Shown here: in pieces, positions 1 to 9,455 of the stretch
Layout of the letters: every line of letters begins with the position of its first letter
Numbering within the stretch: the stretch's first letter is position 1
IMG/VR virus record: IMGVR_UViG_3300021387_000463
Span: 299,001 to 363,000 of that record
Length of the DNA: 64,000 bases
Source of the DNA: a virus
Taxonomy: Duplodnaviria > Heunggongvirae > Uroviricota > Caudoviricetes
Reading direction: 5' to 3' (one strand)
Made by a program: the position numbers and the translations under genes
Notes under the pieces: model-generated
Databases searched by the model: none
Seen by the model: only the letters and a program-made list of their open reading frames with translations
What the model was told of the DNA's origin: nothing

Positions 1-153
1 TACAACAAATGGATATGGAACATTCCACTCACCATTCTCAAGACCTTCTCTAATTGGTTTAGGATTCTTGATGTACATGTATCCATCGTTTTCGATAAGG
101 ATACCATGTCCAGTCTTACCTTCCTTTATTATCTCTAATTCAGCTTTTTTCAT
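1..153 (-). CDS. 5' part of a gene running off the window; probably prohead protease (gp21-like)
   Basis: Hand-translated: MKKAELEIIKEGKTGHGILIENDGYMYIKNPKPIREGLENGEWNVPYPFVV. Divergent from the scaffold/MCP genes, with the ATATTTAT motif on the minus strand at 173-180. Function inferred from context and a remembered resemblance of the G.GILIE N-terminus; no catalytic motif is inside the window. Confidence 0.45.
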   Translation of the reverse strand, partial: MKKAELEIIKEGKTGHGILIENDGYMYIKNPKPIREGLENGEWNVPYPFVV

Positions 154-327
154 CACTAATATTTTTTTATTAATAAATATTTGTCCTTTTCTAAATATTT
201 ATATATTAGTCGATAAAACCAAATAGTAAAATGCCTATATTTCTACTAATTTTAAGGGTATATAGAATTTTTTTGGTATTTTTGGTATATTTATATAAAA
301 AAATAATGTATTAAATCTATTTTCTAA

Positions 328-1821
328 ATGAGCAAAAATATTAGAAGCAAAGTAGTTAGAGAATCTTTATTGGATTACAACACACTCGCAAATTCTTTGA
401 AGGAAAATACGGAGAGTGCAGTTAAAGCTCTTTTGGGTGAGGCTGTACGTGATACATATGCCAAGTTATTGTCTGAGGACGATGACAAGGACTACGAAGA
501 GGGTGAAGTGGAAGATACTAGTTCTGATATTACAAACGATGCAGAATCTAGCGATGTTGTTGACGATAGTCAAGCAGACGCAGACGCTGGTATGGAAGCT
601 GAAGGTGGCGAAGCAGAAGGTGGAGAAATCGAAGGTGGCGAACCATCTGTTGATGGTGCTGCTGAAGGTGAACCTACTGAAGACGGTGCTGCTGAAGGCG
701 AAGGAGGCGATGAATGGGCAGAGTTTGATAAATATAAGGTATCAGACGATGAGTATGACTTTACAAATGCGGAAGACGAAGAAATCGTAAAGGTTTACAA
801 ATTAATGAAGAATGATGACCAAATCCTTGTACATAAAGATGACAATGGAAACGTCAACATTCAAGACAATGAGACTGGAGCTGAGTACCTAATTAATCTT
901 AGTGACAGTGGAGAGGCAACTGGTGTTGCAGCATCTGAACCAAGTGATGATGAAGTTATCACTGATGATGAAGGTGCTGATGATTTCGGTGCAGAAGATG
1001 ATTTTCAAAATAACGAAGACGATATGAATGAATCAACAGAGAGAATGTTTGAGTTGGTACTAGAGTATGACTCAAATGTAGGCTACACTGACAATTATCA
1101 GAAGAAGGATGTAATGACAAATCCAGGTATGTCAGAGCCAGGTAAAAATGTAAACGATTGGGATGCAGGTGTACCAAAGGGCACAGAGAAACCTTGGTCT
1201 GGATACCCAGGAAAGAAAAATAAAGCAGATAAGCCATTCAACGCTGAGAAGGGCAAGCAACTTGAAGAGGAAGAGAACCTTGAGGAGTCTGCTGCTGAGT
1301 GCGGAGGTAGAATGGGTGCTCATGGAAGAATGATGGGAACAAAATCCCATAACCCTATTAAGGCAAAGAAGAATTCTCCAATGAATCAGCATCATGTTTC
1401 AACCGCAGGAGAGTATGACCAAGGTATCGCAAACGAGAGCTTTATGAAGAGAGCAAATGCAGCTCTTGAGGAGAATAAGGAACTTAAGTCAACATTGACA
1501 GACCTTATGGAGCAGTTGAAGAAGGTATCTGTAACTAACCACAATCTTGCACAGATTATTAAGTTGGTTTCTGAGAACACAACCTCTAAGGATGAGAAGA
1601 AGGAGATTATCAACAGATTCAAGAACGAGGGTAAGACCATTGAAGCTTCTCAAGCACTTTATGAGTCAATCAGCCGTGAGCTTCAGAAGACCAACAAGAT
1701 GAACATCACTGAGGAGAAGAGTCTTACAGTTGAGGGTTCACAGAAAATCAACGAGACACCTATCTATAAGTCACAAGACTTGCTAGATTCTCTTGATTTG
1801 ATGCACAGAATGATGAAATAA
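328..1821 (+). CDS. Prohead scaffolding/core protein (gp22-like)
   Basis: Very acidic, low-complexity N-half and coiled-coil C-terminus; many L/I-x-E sites; immediately upstream of the major capsid gene. Confidence 0.7.
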   Translation: MSKNIRSKVVRESLLDYNTLANSLKENTESAVKALLGEAVRDTYAKLLSEDDDKDYEEGEVEDTSSDITNDAESSDVVDDSQADADAGMEAEGGEAEGGEIEGGEPSVDGAAEGEPTEDGAAEGEGGDEWAEFDKYKVSDDEYDFTNAEDEEIVKVYKLMKNDDQILVHKDDNGNVNIQDNETGAEYLINLSDSGEATGVAASEPSDDEVITDDEGADDFGAEDDFQNNEDDMNESTERMFELVLEYDSNVGYTDNYQKKDVMTNPGMSEPGKNVNDWDAGVPKGTEKPWSGYPGKKNKADKPFNAEKGKQLEEEENLEESAAECGGRMGAHGRMMGTKSHNPIKAKKNSPMNQHHVSTAGEYDQGIANESFMKRANAALEENKELKSTLTDLMEQLKKVSVTNHNLAQIIKLVSENTTSKDEKKEIINRFKNEGKTIEASQALYESISRELQKTNKMNITEEKSLTVEGSQKINETPIYKSQDLLDSLDLMHRMMK

Positions 1822-1843
1822 AGTGATTTTTCAGAATTCGTGT

Positions 1844-1851
1844 ATATTTAT
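1844..1851 (+). promoter_or_regulatory. ATATTTAT putative phage late promoter (representative copy)
   Basis: Same octamer upstream of structural genes at 195, 287, 1844, 4029, 8198, 9397, 11413, 16422, 20892, 22848, 27005, 27281, 27904, 35192, 38309, 43123 and 57185, and on the minus strand at 173, 35113 and 42014. Confidence 0.75.
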
Positions 1852-1891
1852 TAAAAAAATAACTAAGTAAAATAAAACTTCATTTATCTAT

Positions 1892-3931
1892 ATGAAAGAA
1901 TTTTTATCAAGTGGTGTAGTTGGAAATATTGAGTACAACGCACAGAAACAGATACGTGAGAGCATTCAGAACCGTTGGGACCAGCTTGGTTTCACTGATG
2001 GTTTGCCAGACGGTATTAAGGAGAATGTTGCTACATTGTATGAGAATGAGGCAAAGCACTTGATTTACGAGGCTACTGCTTCTGACAACAGTGGTTCATT
2101 TGAGACTGTTGTATTCCCTATCATTAGACGTGTATTCAGCAAGCTTCTTGCTAATGACATCGTATCAGTTCAGGCTATGAACCTTCCTGTTGGTAAGTTG
2201 TTCTTCATCCTTCCTGTTACTTCAGAGAGAGAATGGGAGCTTCCAGCAGATATGACAGGTGCTACCGAGCCTGGTGATATTTATGATGGTACAACTGGTC
2301 GCCATAAGGGTCTTATGGGTTATGACCGTGTAAACCGTAACAAGGAAGGACGTGTTGAACCACGTTATTATCTTCCAGACGAGACAATCAATGACCTTCA
2401 GAATGCATGGTACATCCCAGTTCTTAACGAGGAGAAAACCTATGACACATTCGAGGCAGCAAAGGCAGCAGCAGAGGCAGCAGGCCTTAATCCAACTGCT
2501 ATCCGCAGAGTAGGTCCAGAAGTTACTCAGTACTTCCAGAAGAGTTTGTATGACTTGTTCTACAACGACTTCTTGTATGACAACTCAAAGGGTAAGGTAA
2601 CTATCAAGGTTGGTAATGCAATTCCTGTATTCTTGACTCCTGGTGGTGTTCGCCCATTCGGTGCTGACAATTTGAATCAGTACTTCAAGAGTGGATTCGA
2701 TGGTACTGTACGTAACGTCATCCTTGAGATTGATGGTTTCTCTTCATTTAACGCTTCTAAGTTGACTGGTCCTGACGGAAACGAAATGGACACTGAAGGA
2801 TTCCTTGCTTCTCTTAAGGTTATCACTCAGAAGGAACTTCCAGCAGATAACGTTCCTGGTTCAGAGAGCGTTCAGACCGCAGCTTTCCGCAAGTTCGAGT
2901 CTGTTCCATTCAGAGTTGTTACTCAGAAGTATGGTAAGGGTATCGTAGAATACGGTGCAGCTTGCGATGCAGAGGGTAAGATGTATATCGAGTTGGATTT
3001 GGCTAAACCAGTAGTTCAGCAAGCAGGTACAATCGATGGTTATGTTGGTGTTGACGCAAAAGCTCTTGATGCAGCTATTGTTAAGACAACTGGTGGTACT
3101 ATCGATTTCGATGCTACAAAGGAAAATATGGCTAAGTTGTTCAAGATTGCTTGGGCACAGTACGATTCACTTGAGCTTGAGACCGAGATTGGTGAGGTTA
3201 GCTTCAAGCTTGATTCAGTAACTGTATCAGTTGAGGAGAGAAAGCTTCGTGCAACATGGTCTCCAGAGCTTGCACAAGACGTTTCTGCATTCCACAACAT
3301 TGACGCAGAGGCTGAGTTGACAGCTATCTTGTCAGAGCAGATTGCAGCAGAAATTGACCGTGAGATTCTTCGTGACTTGCGTAAGGGTGCTCCTTGGCAG
3401 GCTCGTTGGGATGTTAATGGTTGGAGACGTATGGCTGCATTCTCAACCAACTACACTCAGAAGGACTGGAATCAAGAGCTTATGACTAAGATTAACCAGA
3501 TTTCTGCACAGATTCACAAGTCTACACTTCGTGGTGGCGCTAACTTCATTGTAGTATCTTCAGAGATTAGTGCATTGTTCGATAACCTTGAGTACTTCCA
3601 CGTTTCTGACGCTAGCGCAGAGAGCGACCAGTACAACATGGGTATTGAGAAGATTGGTGCTCTTGGTGGACGTTACACCGTTTACCGTGACCCATATTCT
3701 CCACACTGGTCAATGATTATTGGTCATAAGGGTAAGTCACTTCTTGACACAGGTTACATCTATGCACCATACGTGCCAATGCAGTTGACTCCTACTATGT
3801 ACAACCCATTCAACTTCGCACCAGTAAAGGGTATCATGACTCGTTACGCTAAGAAGATGGTGAATAATAGGTACTACGGCCATGTTCGCGTGGATGGACT
3901 TGTTCATTGGAGCATTAACGAATTCAGATAA
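1892..3931 (+). CDS. gp23: Major capsid protein, T4 gp23 family, with a large central insertion
   Basis: gp23 motifs FPIIRRVF..L.A.DIVSVQAMNLPVG, RKLRATWSPELAQDVSAFHNIDAEAELTAILSEQIAAEIDREI and G.IYAPYVP...P.KGIMTRYA. Confidence 0.96.
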   Translation: MKEFLSSGVVGNIEYNAQKQIRESIQNRWDQLGFTDGLPDGIKENVATLYENEAKHLIYEATASDNSGSFETVVFPIIRRVFSKLLANDIVSVQAMNLPVGKLFFILPVTSEREWELPADMTGATEPGDIYDGTTGRHKGLMGYDRVNRNKEGRVEPRYYLPDETINDLQNAWYIPVLNEEKTYDTFEAAKAAAEAAGLNPTAIRRVGPEVTQYFQKSLYDLFYNDFLYDNSKGKVTIKVGNAIPVFLTPGGVRPFGADNLNQYFKSGFDGTVRNVILEIDGFSSFNASKLTGPDGNEMDTEGFLASLKVITQKELPADNVPGSESVQTAAFRKFESVPFRVVTQKYGKGIVEYGAACDAEGKMYIELDLAKPVVQQAGTIDGYVGVDAKALDAAIVKTTGGTIDFDATKENMAKLFKIAWAQYDSLELETEIGEVSFKLDSVTVSVEERKLRATWSPELAQDVSAFHNIDAEAELTAILSEQIAAEIDREILRDLRKGAPWQARWDVNGWRRMAAFSTNYTQKDWNQELMTKINQISAQIHKSTLRGGANFIVVSSEISALFDNLEYFHVSDASAESDQYNMGIEKIGALGGRYTVYRDPYSPHWSMIIGHKGKSLLDTGYIYAPYVPMQLTPTMYNPFNFAPVKGIMTRYAKKMVNNRYYGHVRVDGLVHWSINEFR

Positions 3932-3962
3932 ATCGCTGAAAAAGAATAATAATCTAAATAAA

Positions 3963-3998
3963 AAAACCTTGGGTAGAGACTACTCAAGGTTTTTTTTA
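3963..3998 (+). terminator. Intrinsic terminator after the MCP gene
   Basis: AAAACCTTGGGTAG-AGA-CTACTCAAGGTTTTTTTT hairpin with T-tract. Confidence 0.85.
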
Positions 3999-4085
3999 TG
4001 TCCCAAATAAATTAATTAGATTAACTAAATATTTATAGTTAACATAAATGCAATAAGTTTTAAAGTTAAAATAATTAAAAAAATC

Positions 4086-6401
4086 ATGGCAAAAAAGCGA
4101 TATATTAGACATTTGGAGTATTATGGTTTTCCAGACCAAAATGGATACTCTAGTGAGATAAACGGTGTTGACTTGTCAGACATCCGTGAGAAAAACAAGG
4201 AGCAAGACGAAGAAATCCAAGACCTTGAGGGTGAAAAGGCTGACAAGAAAGACCTTCTTTCACTTAGTGGAACTGTTGAAAACTTTATCACACGTCAATC
4301 AGAAATCAACCAAGAATTCGCTGATGCCATTAGTGGAATGTCTGGTGACATTGAGGAGCTAAAGAAAATTGACACTGAGTTTGCTGAACAACTTAGTGCA
4401 ATAACTAGTGGCGTAGATGAAGCGATGGATGCCATCGAGATTCTTGATGAGAGAGTTGATAATGTTGAGGACAATCTTAGCGGCTTAAGCGAGACTGTAA
4501 ACGAGATAATCGAGGATTACGCTAAAAAAGATGATGTTTATTCCAAGGAAGAAATAGACGATATGATTTCTAGCGGTTTCAGTGGATATGCAACACAGGA
4601 ATGGGTAGAGGAACAAGGTTATCTAACTGAGGAAAGCGGTGATACAAGATATGCTAAGATTGAAGACCTTCAAGATTTGGCTAATCAAGTTGAAAGTGCT
4701 GCAACAAATATTGACGAAATTAATGATAAGATTGATACACTGAATAATGACCTTAGTGCATTCAGTGATGATGTTTCTGATGCATTGTCTGACATTAACG
4801 ATGCAGTTAGTGGTATTAACAATTCTATCAATGATATCAATGATAAGGTGGATGGCATCACCAGTGACATTGGAGAGCTTGCTGAAATTGTAAGTGGTAA
4901 CACAAATGCAATTGGAGAGCTTAATGGACTTGTGGCTGAAAATGCTGAAGCCATAAATAATCTTGATGATAGAGTTGATGAACTTGAAGAAGCTGTAAGC
5001 GCATTGACTGCTGATGTAGAGGAACTTGATACTAAGAAAGCTGACAAATCTACAGTCTATGATTTGAGGGAAGAAATGTTACATGGTTTGAGTGAGCTTG
5101 AAAACAAGAAGGCTAACAAGACAGACCTTGAAGCTGTAAGTGGAGCTGTTGATGCCCTCGATGCTAAGATTGATGCTGAGATTGCAAGGTCAACAAGTGC
5201 TGATACTGCAATGCAGAACAAAATTGACGAACTTGATGCCGATGTACAGGAGGCTGTTGAGACAGTTGAATCTTATGGCGATAGGATAGATGAAGTTGAG
5301 AGGGGTCTCGCACAAGAGATAATCGACAGGAAGAACGGTGATATTGCACTCATTGGAACAAGTAGTGATGATACTGATGAGGATACAATTTGGGCAGCTA
5401 AGAACCTTGCTGAACAATACAAAGATGAGGCAATAGCAAGTGCTAAGACATATACCGATAACAAGATTTCAGTGGTTAATGGTGAAATTCAGAATATAGA
5501 AAATAGAATTGACCAGAAACTCACACATTATGCAACTGAGGCTTTCGTAATATCTGCTTGCAACGACACTGAGACTGAGGTAAGAAATGAATTTACAACA
5601 GCCATTAACAATGAGACCCAGAGAGCTGAACGTGCTGAATCAAATATTGAGGTTGAGATACAGTCATTGCTAGTACAGATTTTATCAAATAAGGACCATA
5701 TCTCGAACAATTCATCAAGGCTTAACGCTATAACAAGATGGCAAGGAACTAATCCAGAAGAATATGATGACAGTGGAAATGGCATACTTGATGTCCTTCA
5801 TAGAGAATTCCATGAATATGAGAAAACTCACGGTGCTATAAAAAATATAGAATTTGTTGATGGTAATCTTATAATTACATATGAAACTCCAGAAGGGGAG
5901 AAACAAGAAATTATTCCAATCAGTGAGTTAATAATTCTTGATGATTATTATAAAAAAGAAGAAACCGATGCACTTCTTGCTGAGAAACTTGATGCATCAG
6001 CATACACTGACATCAGTGAACAAGTAAGTGCAAATACTGACAACATAGAGGCATTAAGCGGTGATGTTGTCAACCTTGATTCAGCACTTGCAACACTAAT
6101 AGAGAAACTTGGGTATAAGAATAATGATACACTTATAACCAATAATGAGCATGAAGTTGCATTTGGAGAATATAATGTAAGTCACGAAAGTGAAGAATCT
6201 TCTGGACAAACCATATTCAGTATAGGTAATGGAACAGATGGCGAGAACAGAAGCAACGCTGTTGAGGTAAGGAAAAATGGCGATGTGTATCTTTGGATTG
6301 AAGGAGAATTCATGAACATTAATAAGCTTCTAGGACAGATAGCGCATGAAGTTTATGATAATGATTCGACACATAACAGTCATTTCTTTGATGGCGACTA
6401 A
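4086..6401 (+). CDS. Long coiled-coil fibre/whisker-like virion protein
   Basis: Extended acidic heptad repeats. The C-terminal module NNEHEVAFGEYNVS...IFSIGNGT...NAVEVRKNGDVY is also found three times in the 16538 fibre. Late motif at 4029. Confidence 0.65.
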   Translation: MAKKRYIRHLEYYGFPDQNGYSSEINGVDLSDIREKNKEQDEEIQDLEGEKADKKDLLSLSGTVENFITRQSEINQEFADAISGMSGDIEELKKIDTEFAEQLSAITSGVDEAMDAIEILDERVDNVEDNLSGLSETVNEIIEDYAKKDDVYSKEEIDDMISSGFSGYATQEWVEEQGYLTEESGDTRYAKIEDLQDLANQVESAATNIDEINDKIDTLNNDLSAFSDDVSDALSDINDAVSGINNSINDINDKVDGITSDIGELAEIVSGNTNAIGELNGLVAENAEAINNLDDRVDELEEAVSALTADVEELDTKKADKSTVYDLREEMLHGLSELENKKANKTDLEAVSGAVDALDAKIDAEIARSTSADTAMQNKIDELDADVQEAVETVESYGDRIDEVERGLAQEIIDRKNGDIALIGTSSDDTDEDTIWAAKNLAEQYKDEAIASAKTYTDNKISVVNGEIQNIENRIDQKLTHYATEAFVISACNDTETEVRNEFTTAINNETQRAERAESNIEVEIQSLLVQILSNKDHISNNSSRLNAITRWQGTNPEEYDDSGNGILDVLHREFHEYEKTHGAIKNIEFVDGNLIITYETPEGEKQEIIPISELIILDDYYKKEETDALLAEKLDASAYTDISEQVSANTDNIEALSGDVVNLDSALATLIEKLGYKNNDTLITNNEHEVAFGEYNVSHESEESSGQTIFSIGNGTDGENRSNAVEVRKNGDVYLWIEGEFMNINKLLGQIAHEVYDNDSTHNSHFFDGD

Positions 6402-6439
6402 TATGAATAATAATTTTCTTACAAAAAAAACATTATAAG

Positions 6440-8131
6440 ATGAAAAGAAAAACTAGAATGTATGAGCCTTGGGGCTATCAAGACGAGAATAATTACCAAG
6501 GAGCAGGAACTATCCTTGAAAATGATTTGGAATCATTCTTCGCTGATGCTAAGTATAATAAGGATGATAATAAAATCCATTTCCAGAACAAGGACGGTGA
6601 AGAAGTAGGCTCACTTGATGTGAACGAATTCGTCAAGTCTGATAGCATTGTCGAAGAGGCAAAATATGAAGATGGTAAAATCATAATCAAGTTTACCAAT
6701 GGTGATGTTATTACAATTAACGTTGAGGAACTTATTGATGAAAATGAATTTGTTGATGGTCTTCAAGTTATAGAAGGACAAGTTTCTGTAAAAAGAAATG
6801 CTGAGTCTGATAATTATTTCACAGTTGATACTGACGGCATTAAGATTGCTGGTATAAAGGCTGATATTGATGCTGAAGAAGCAAGGGCAACGTCTGCTGA
6901 AACAGCACTTGACGAGAAGATTGATGCTGAAATCGCAAGGGCAAGTGGCGAGGAACAGAGAATTGACGAGAAGATTGATGACGAAGTTGCACGTGCTGAA
7001 GCAGCAGAACAAGCACTTGATGAGAAGGTTAGTGTTGAAAAGGGACGTGCTGAAACTGCTGAAGCGAATCTTAGCAGAAGGGCTGATACGCTTAATGATG
7101 AACTTGATGCCGAAAAAACTGTAAGGGAATCAGAAGATGTAAAACTCGACAGAAAGATTAACACTGAAATTGATGATAGAAAAGCAGATGTTGATGAGGA
7201 AGAGGCTCGTGCAAAAGCAGCAGAACAAGCATTGCAAGGCGCAATTAATGATGAGAAAACACGTGCAGAGGCAAAAGAAACGGCTCTACAAGATTCAATC
7301 GATGCTGAGAAAGCAAGGGCACTTTCTGCTGAGACTGATTTGCAAGATGCAATTGACTTGAAGGCAGACAAGGAGACAACCTACACCAAGGAAGAGGTTG
7401 ATGCATTAATTGCTGAGAAAGAGGCTGAGATTGTTCAGATTAAGAAGGATTACACTGATTTGAAGGAAATTGTGGCTGAAATTGGTGGAAACGTAGAGTG
7501 GGGGGTTCCTGCTGACGGCACGTTCAACAATATGATGAAGAAGAGTGGTACTGTTAAATTAGGAGAGAACACAACAACATCAACATACGCTGGTGGAATT
7601 ACGTCTAAGAATGATACAACATTGAATTTAAACGGAAAGAACCTTACATTTAGTGGACAAACTACAACTAACCCTGGTATTATGACAAGAGGAAAGCAAA
7701 AACTTACCATTATGGGCAAGGGTACTATTGATGCTGCTGGACGTATTGCTGTTGAGGCAAATGGTGCTGATACAGTAATCAACTTAAGTGGTACAACTGG
7801 ATTCTTTGCTGCTGAACCTACTTATGTAACTGACAGAAGTGGTGGTGAACTTATCTATTGCTATCTTGGTACAATCAACATATATGCTGGTGTATTCAAG
7901 AACAACGGTGATGACAAGAAATTCTTATTGAACTGCTATGATGCTAATCGTGCAGATGGAACGGCTAAGATTGTTGTATATGGTGGCAAGTTCTATGACT
8001 TTGACCCAGGAAATAATACTGCTGAGGGACCTGGCACATCATTCCTTGCTGAAGGCTATCACACTGAGGCAAGCACTGTTATTGAAGAGGATGTTGAGCA
8101 CACTGTATATACGGTTAAGAAGGATGCTTAA
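6440..8131 (+). CDS. Coiled-coil fibre protein with a C-terminal beta-rich domain
   Basis: Repeats of DAE.ARA.AAE.AL followed by a G/T/N-rich beta-helix-like region. N-terminal YEPWGYQDENNY resembles LEYYGFPDQNGY of the 4086 gene. Confidence 0.65.
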   Translation: MKRKTRMYEPWGYQDENNYQGAGTILENDLESFFADAKYNKDDNKIHFQNKDGEEVGSLDVNEFVKSDSIVEEAKYEDGKIIIKFTNGDVITINVEELIDENEFVDGLQVIEGQVSVKRNAESDNYFTVDTDGIKIAGIKADIDAEEARATSAETALDEKIDAEIARASGEEQRIDEKIDDEVARAEAAEQALDEKVSVEKGRAETAEANLSRRADTLNDELDAEKTVRESEDVKLDRKINTEIDDRKADVDEEEARAKAAEQALQGAINDEKTRAEAKETALQDSIDAEKARALSAETDLQDAIDLKADKETTYTKEEVDALIAEKEAEIVQIKKDYTDLKEIVAEIGGNVEWGVPADGTFNNMMKKSGTVKLGENTTTSTYAGGITSKNDTTLNLNGKNLTFSGQTTTNPGIMTRGKQKLTIMGKGTIDAAGRIAVEANGADTVINLSGTTGFFAAEPTYVTDRSGGELIYCYLGTINIYAGVFKNNGDDKKFLLNCYDANRADGTAKIVVYGGKFYDFDPGNNTAEGPGTSFLAEGYHTEASTVIEEDVEHTVYTVKKDA

Positions 8132-8150
8132 TGAATGCATAATCTATAAT

Positions 8151-8205
8151 AAATGGGATAATCTTTATTGGCTATCCCATTTTTGTTTATGTGTGAAATA
8201 TTTAT
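8151..8205 (+). terminator. Terminator + late promoter cassette
   Basis: AAATGGGATA...TATCCCATTTTT hairpin followed by ATATTTAT (8198-8205); related to 11368-11420. Confidence 0.75.
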
Positions 8206-8248
8206 CTATAATGAAAATAACTTATTAAAAAATATTAAATAAAGAATT

Positions 8249-9373
8249 ATGGCAGTTTATTTAAAAGAATTCAGTACCCACTCTGAGTACGAACAGTACA
8301 TCAACGGTAGTGATGCAATACTACCTAATGTATCATTATGCGCAACAGAAGGTGATGTGTATTATAATCCTTATGTTGAACCACCTTTTTTCTGTAAACT
8401 TACATTAAATGATGGCAGTACAGTTGAACTTGAAGGTAGTGGAGTATTAACCTCTGATATGACAAGTGGCTATAAATCAACACTTATAAGTGCTGAAATT
8501 GGAGAATTATGTACAAGTATTGAGGGTTCTACTCTTATAAGAGATGCCACTTTCTCAAATTGTAGTGGTCTTACAAGTGTAACAATAGGTAATAGCGTTA
8601 CAAGTATCGGTAATGGTACTTTTCGGAATTGTAGTGGCCTTACAAGTGTAACAATAGGTAATGGTGTTACAAGTATTGGTAATAATGATTTCAATGGATG
8701 TAGTAGTCTTAGAAGTTGTACTATAGGTACTAGTGTTACAAGTATTGGTGAAGGTGCTTTCAGTGGCTGTAGTAGTCTTACAAGTATAGATATACCAAAC
8801 AGTGTTACAACTATTGGTCAGAATGCTTTCGAGAGATGTACTAGCCTTACAAGTGTGGTAATACCAGATAGTGTTACAAGTATTGGTAATGATGCTTTCT
8901 CATATTGTAGTAGTCTTACAAGTTGTACAATAGGTAGTGGCGTTACAAGTATTGGTACTTATGCTTTCTATGGTTGTAGCAGTCTTACAAGTATATCTAT
9001 ACCAAGTGGTGTTAAAACTATTAGTGGTAATACTTTCTATAATTGTAATGGTCTAACAAGTGTAACAATAGGTAATAGTGTTACAGAAATTGGACCTTTT
9101 GCTTTCAATGGATGTAGTAGTCTAACAAGTATAGACATACCAAATAGTGTTACAAGTATTGATAATGGTGCTTTCTATGATTGTAATGGTCTAACAAGTA
9201 TAACCGTAAGAGCAACAACGCCACCAAAATTAAATGTTTTTTATCATGGTGCTCCTAGAGCATTCGATAACACTAATGACTGTTCAATCTATGTTCCAAG
9301 TGGAAGTGTAGAAACATATAAGTCAGCAAGTGATTGGAGTACCTATGTGGATAGAATCCAAGCAATACAATAA
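8249..9373 (+). CDS. BspA-type leucine-rich-repeat (LRR_5) protein
   Basis: About 10 copies of the 23-aa repeat C..LTS(V/I).I(P/G)..VTSIG..AF and a C-cap IYVPSGSVETYKSA..WS; no signal peptide. Confidence 0.92.
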   Translation: MAVYLKEFSTHSEYEQYINGSDAILPNVSLCATEGDVYYNPYVEPPFFCKLTLNDGSTVELEGSGVLTSDMTSGYKSTLISAEIGELCTSIEGSTLIRDATFSNCSGLTSVTIGNSVTSIGNGTFRNCSGLTSVTIGNGVTSIGNNDFNGCSSLRSCTIGTSVTSIGEGAFSGCSSLTSIDIPNSVTTIGQNAFERCTSLTSVVIPDSVTSIGNDAFSYCSSLTSCTIGSGVTSIGTYAFYGCSSLTSISIPSGVKTISGNTFYNCNGLTSVTIGNSVTEIGPFAFNGCSSLTSIDIPNSVTSIDNGAFYDCNGLTSITVRATTPPKLNVFYHGAPRAFDNTNDCSIYVPSGSVETYKSASDWSTYVDRIQAIQ

Positions 9374-9455
9374 TTTATACATTATAAACTATTCAGATAT
9401 TTATTATTAACGTAAAATTAGAAAAATTAATAAATCAATAAACATTTAAAAAATT

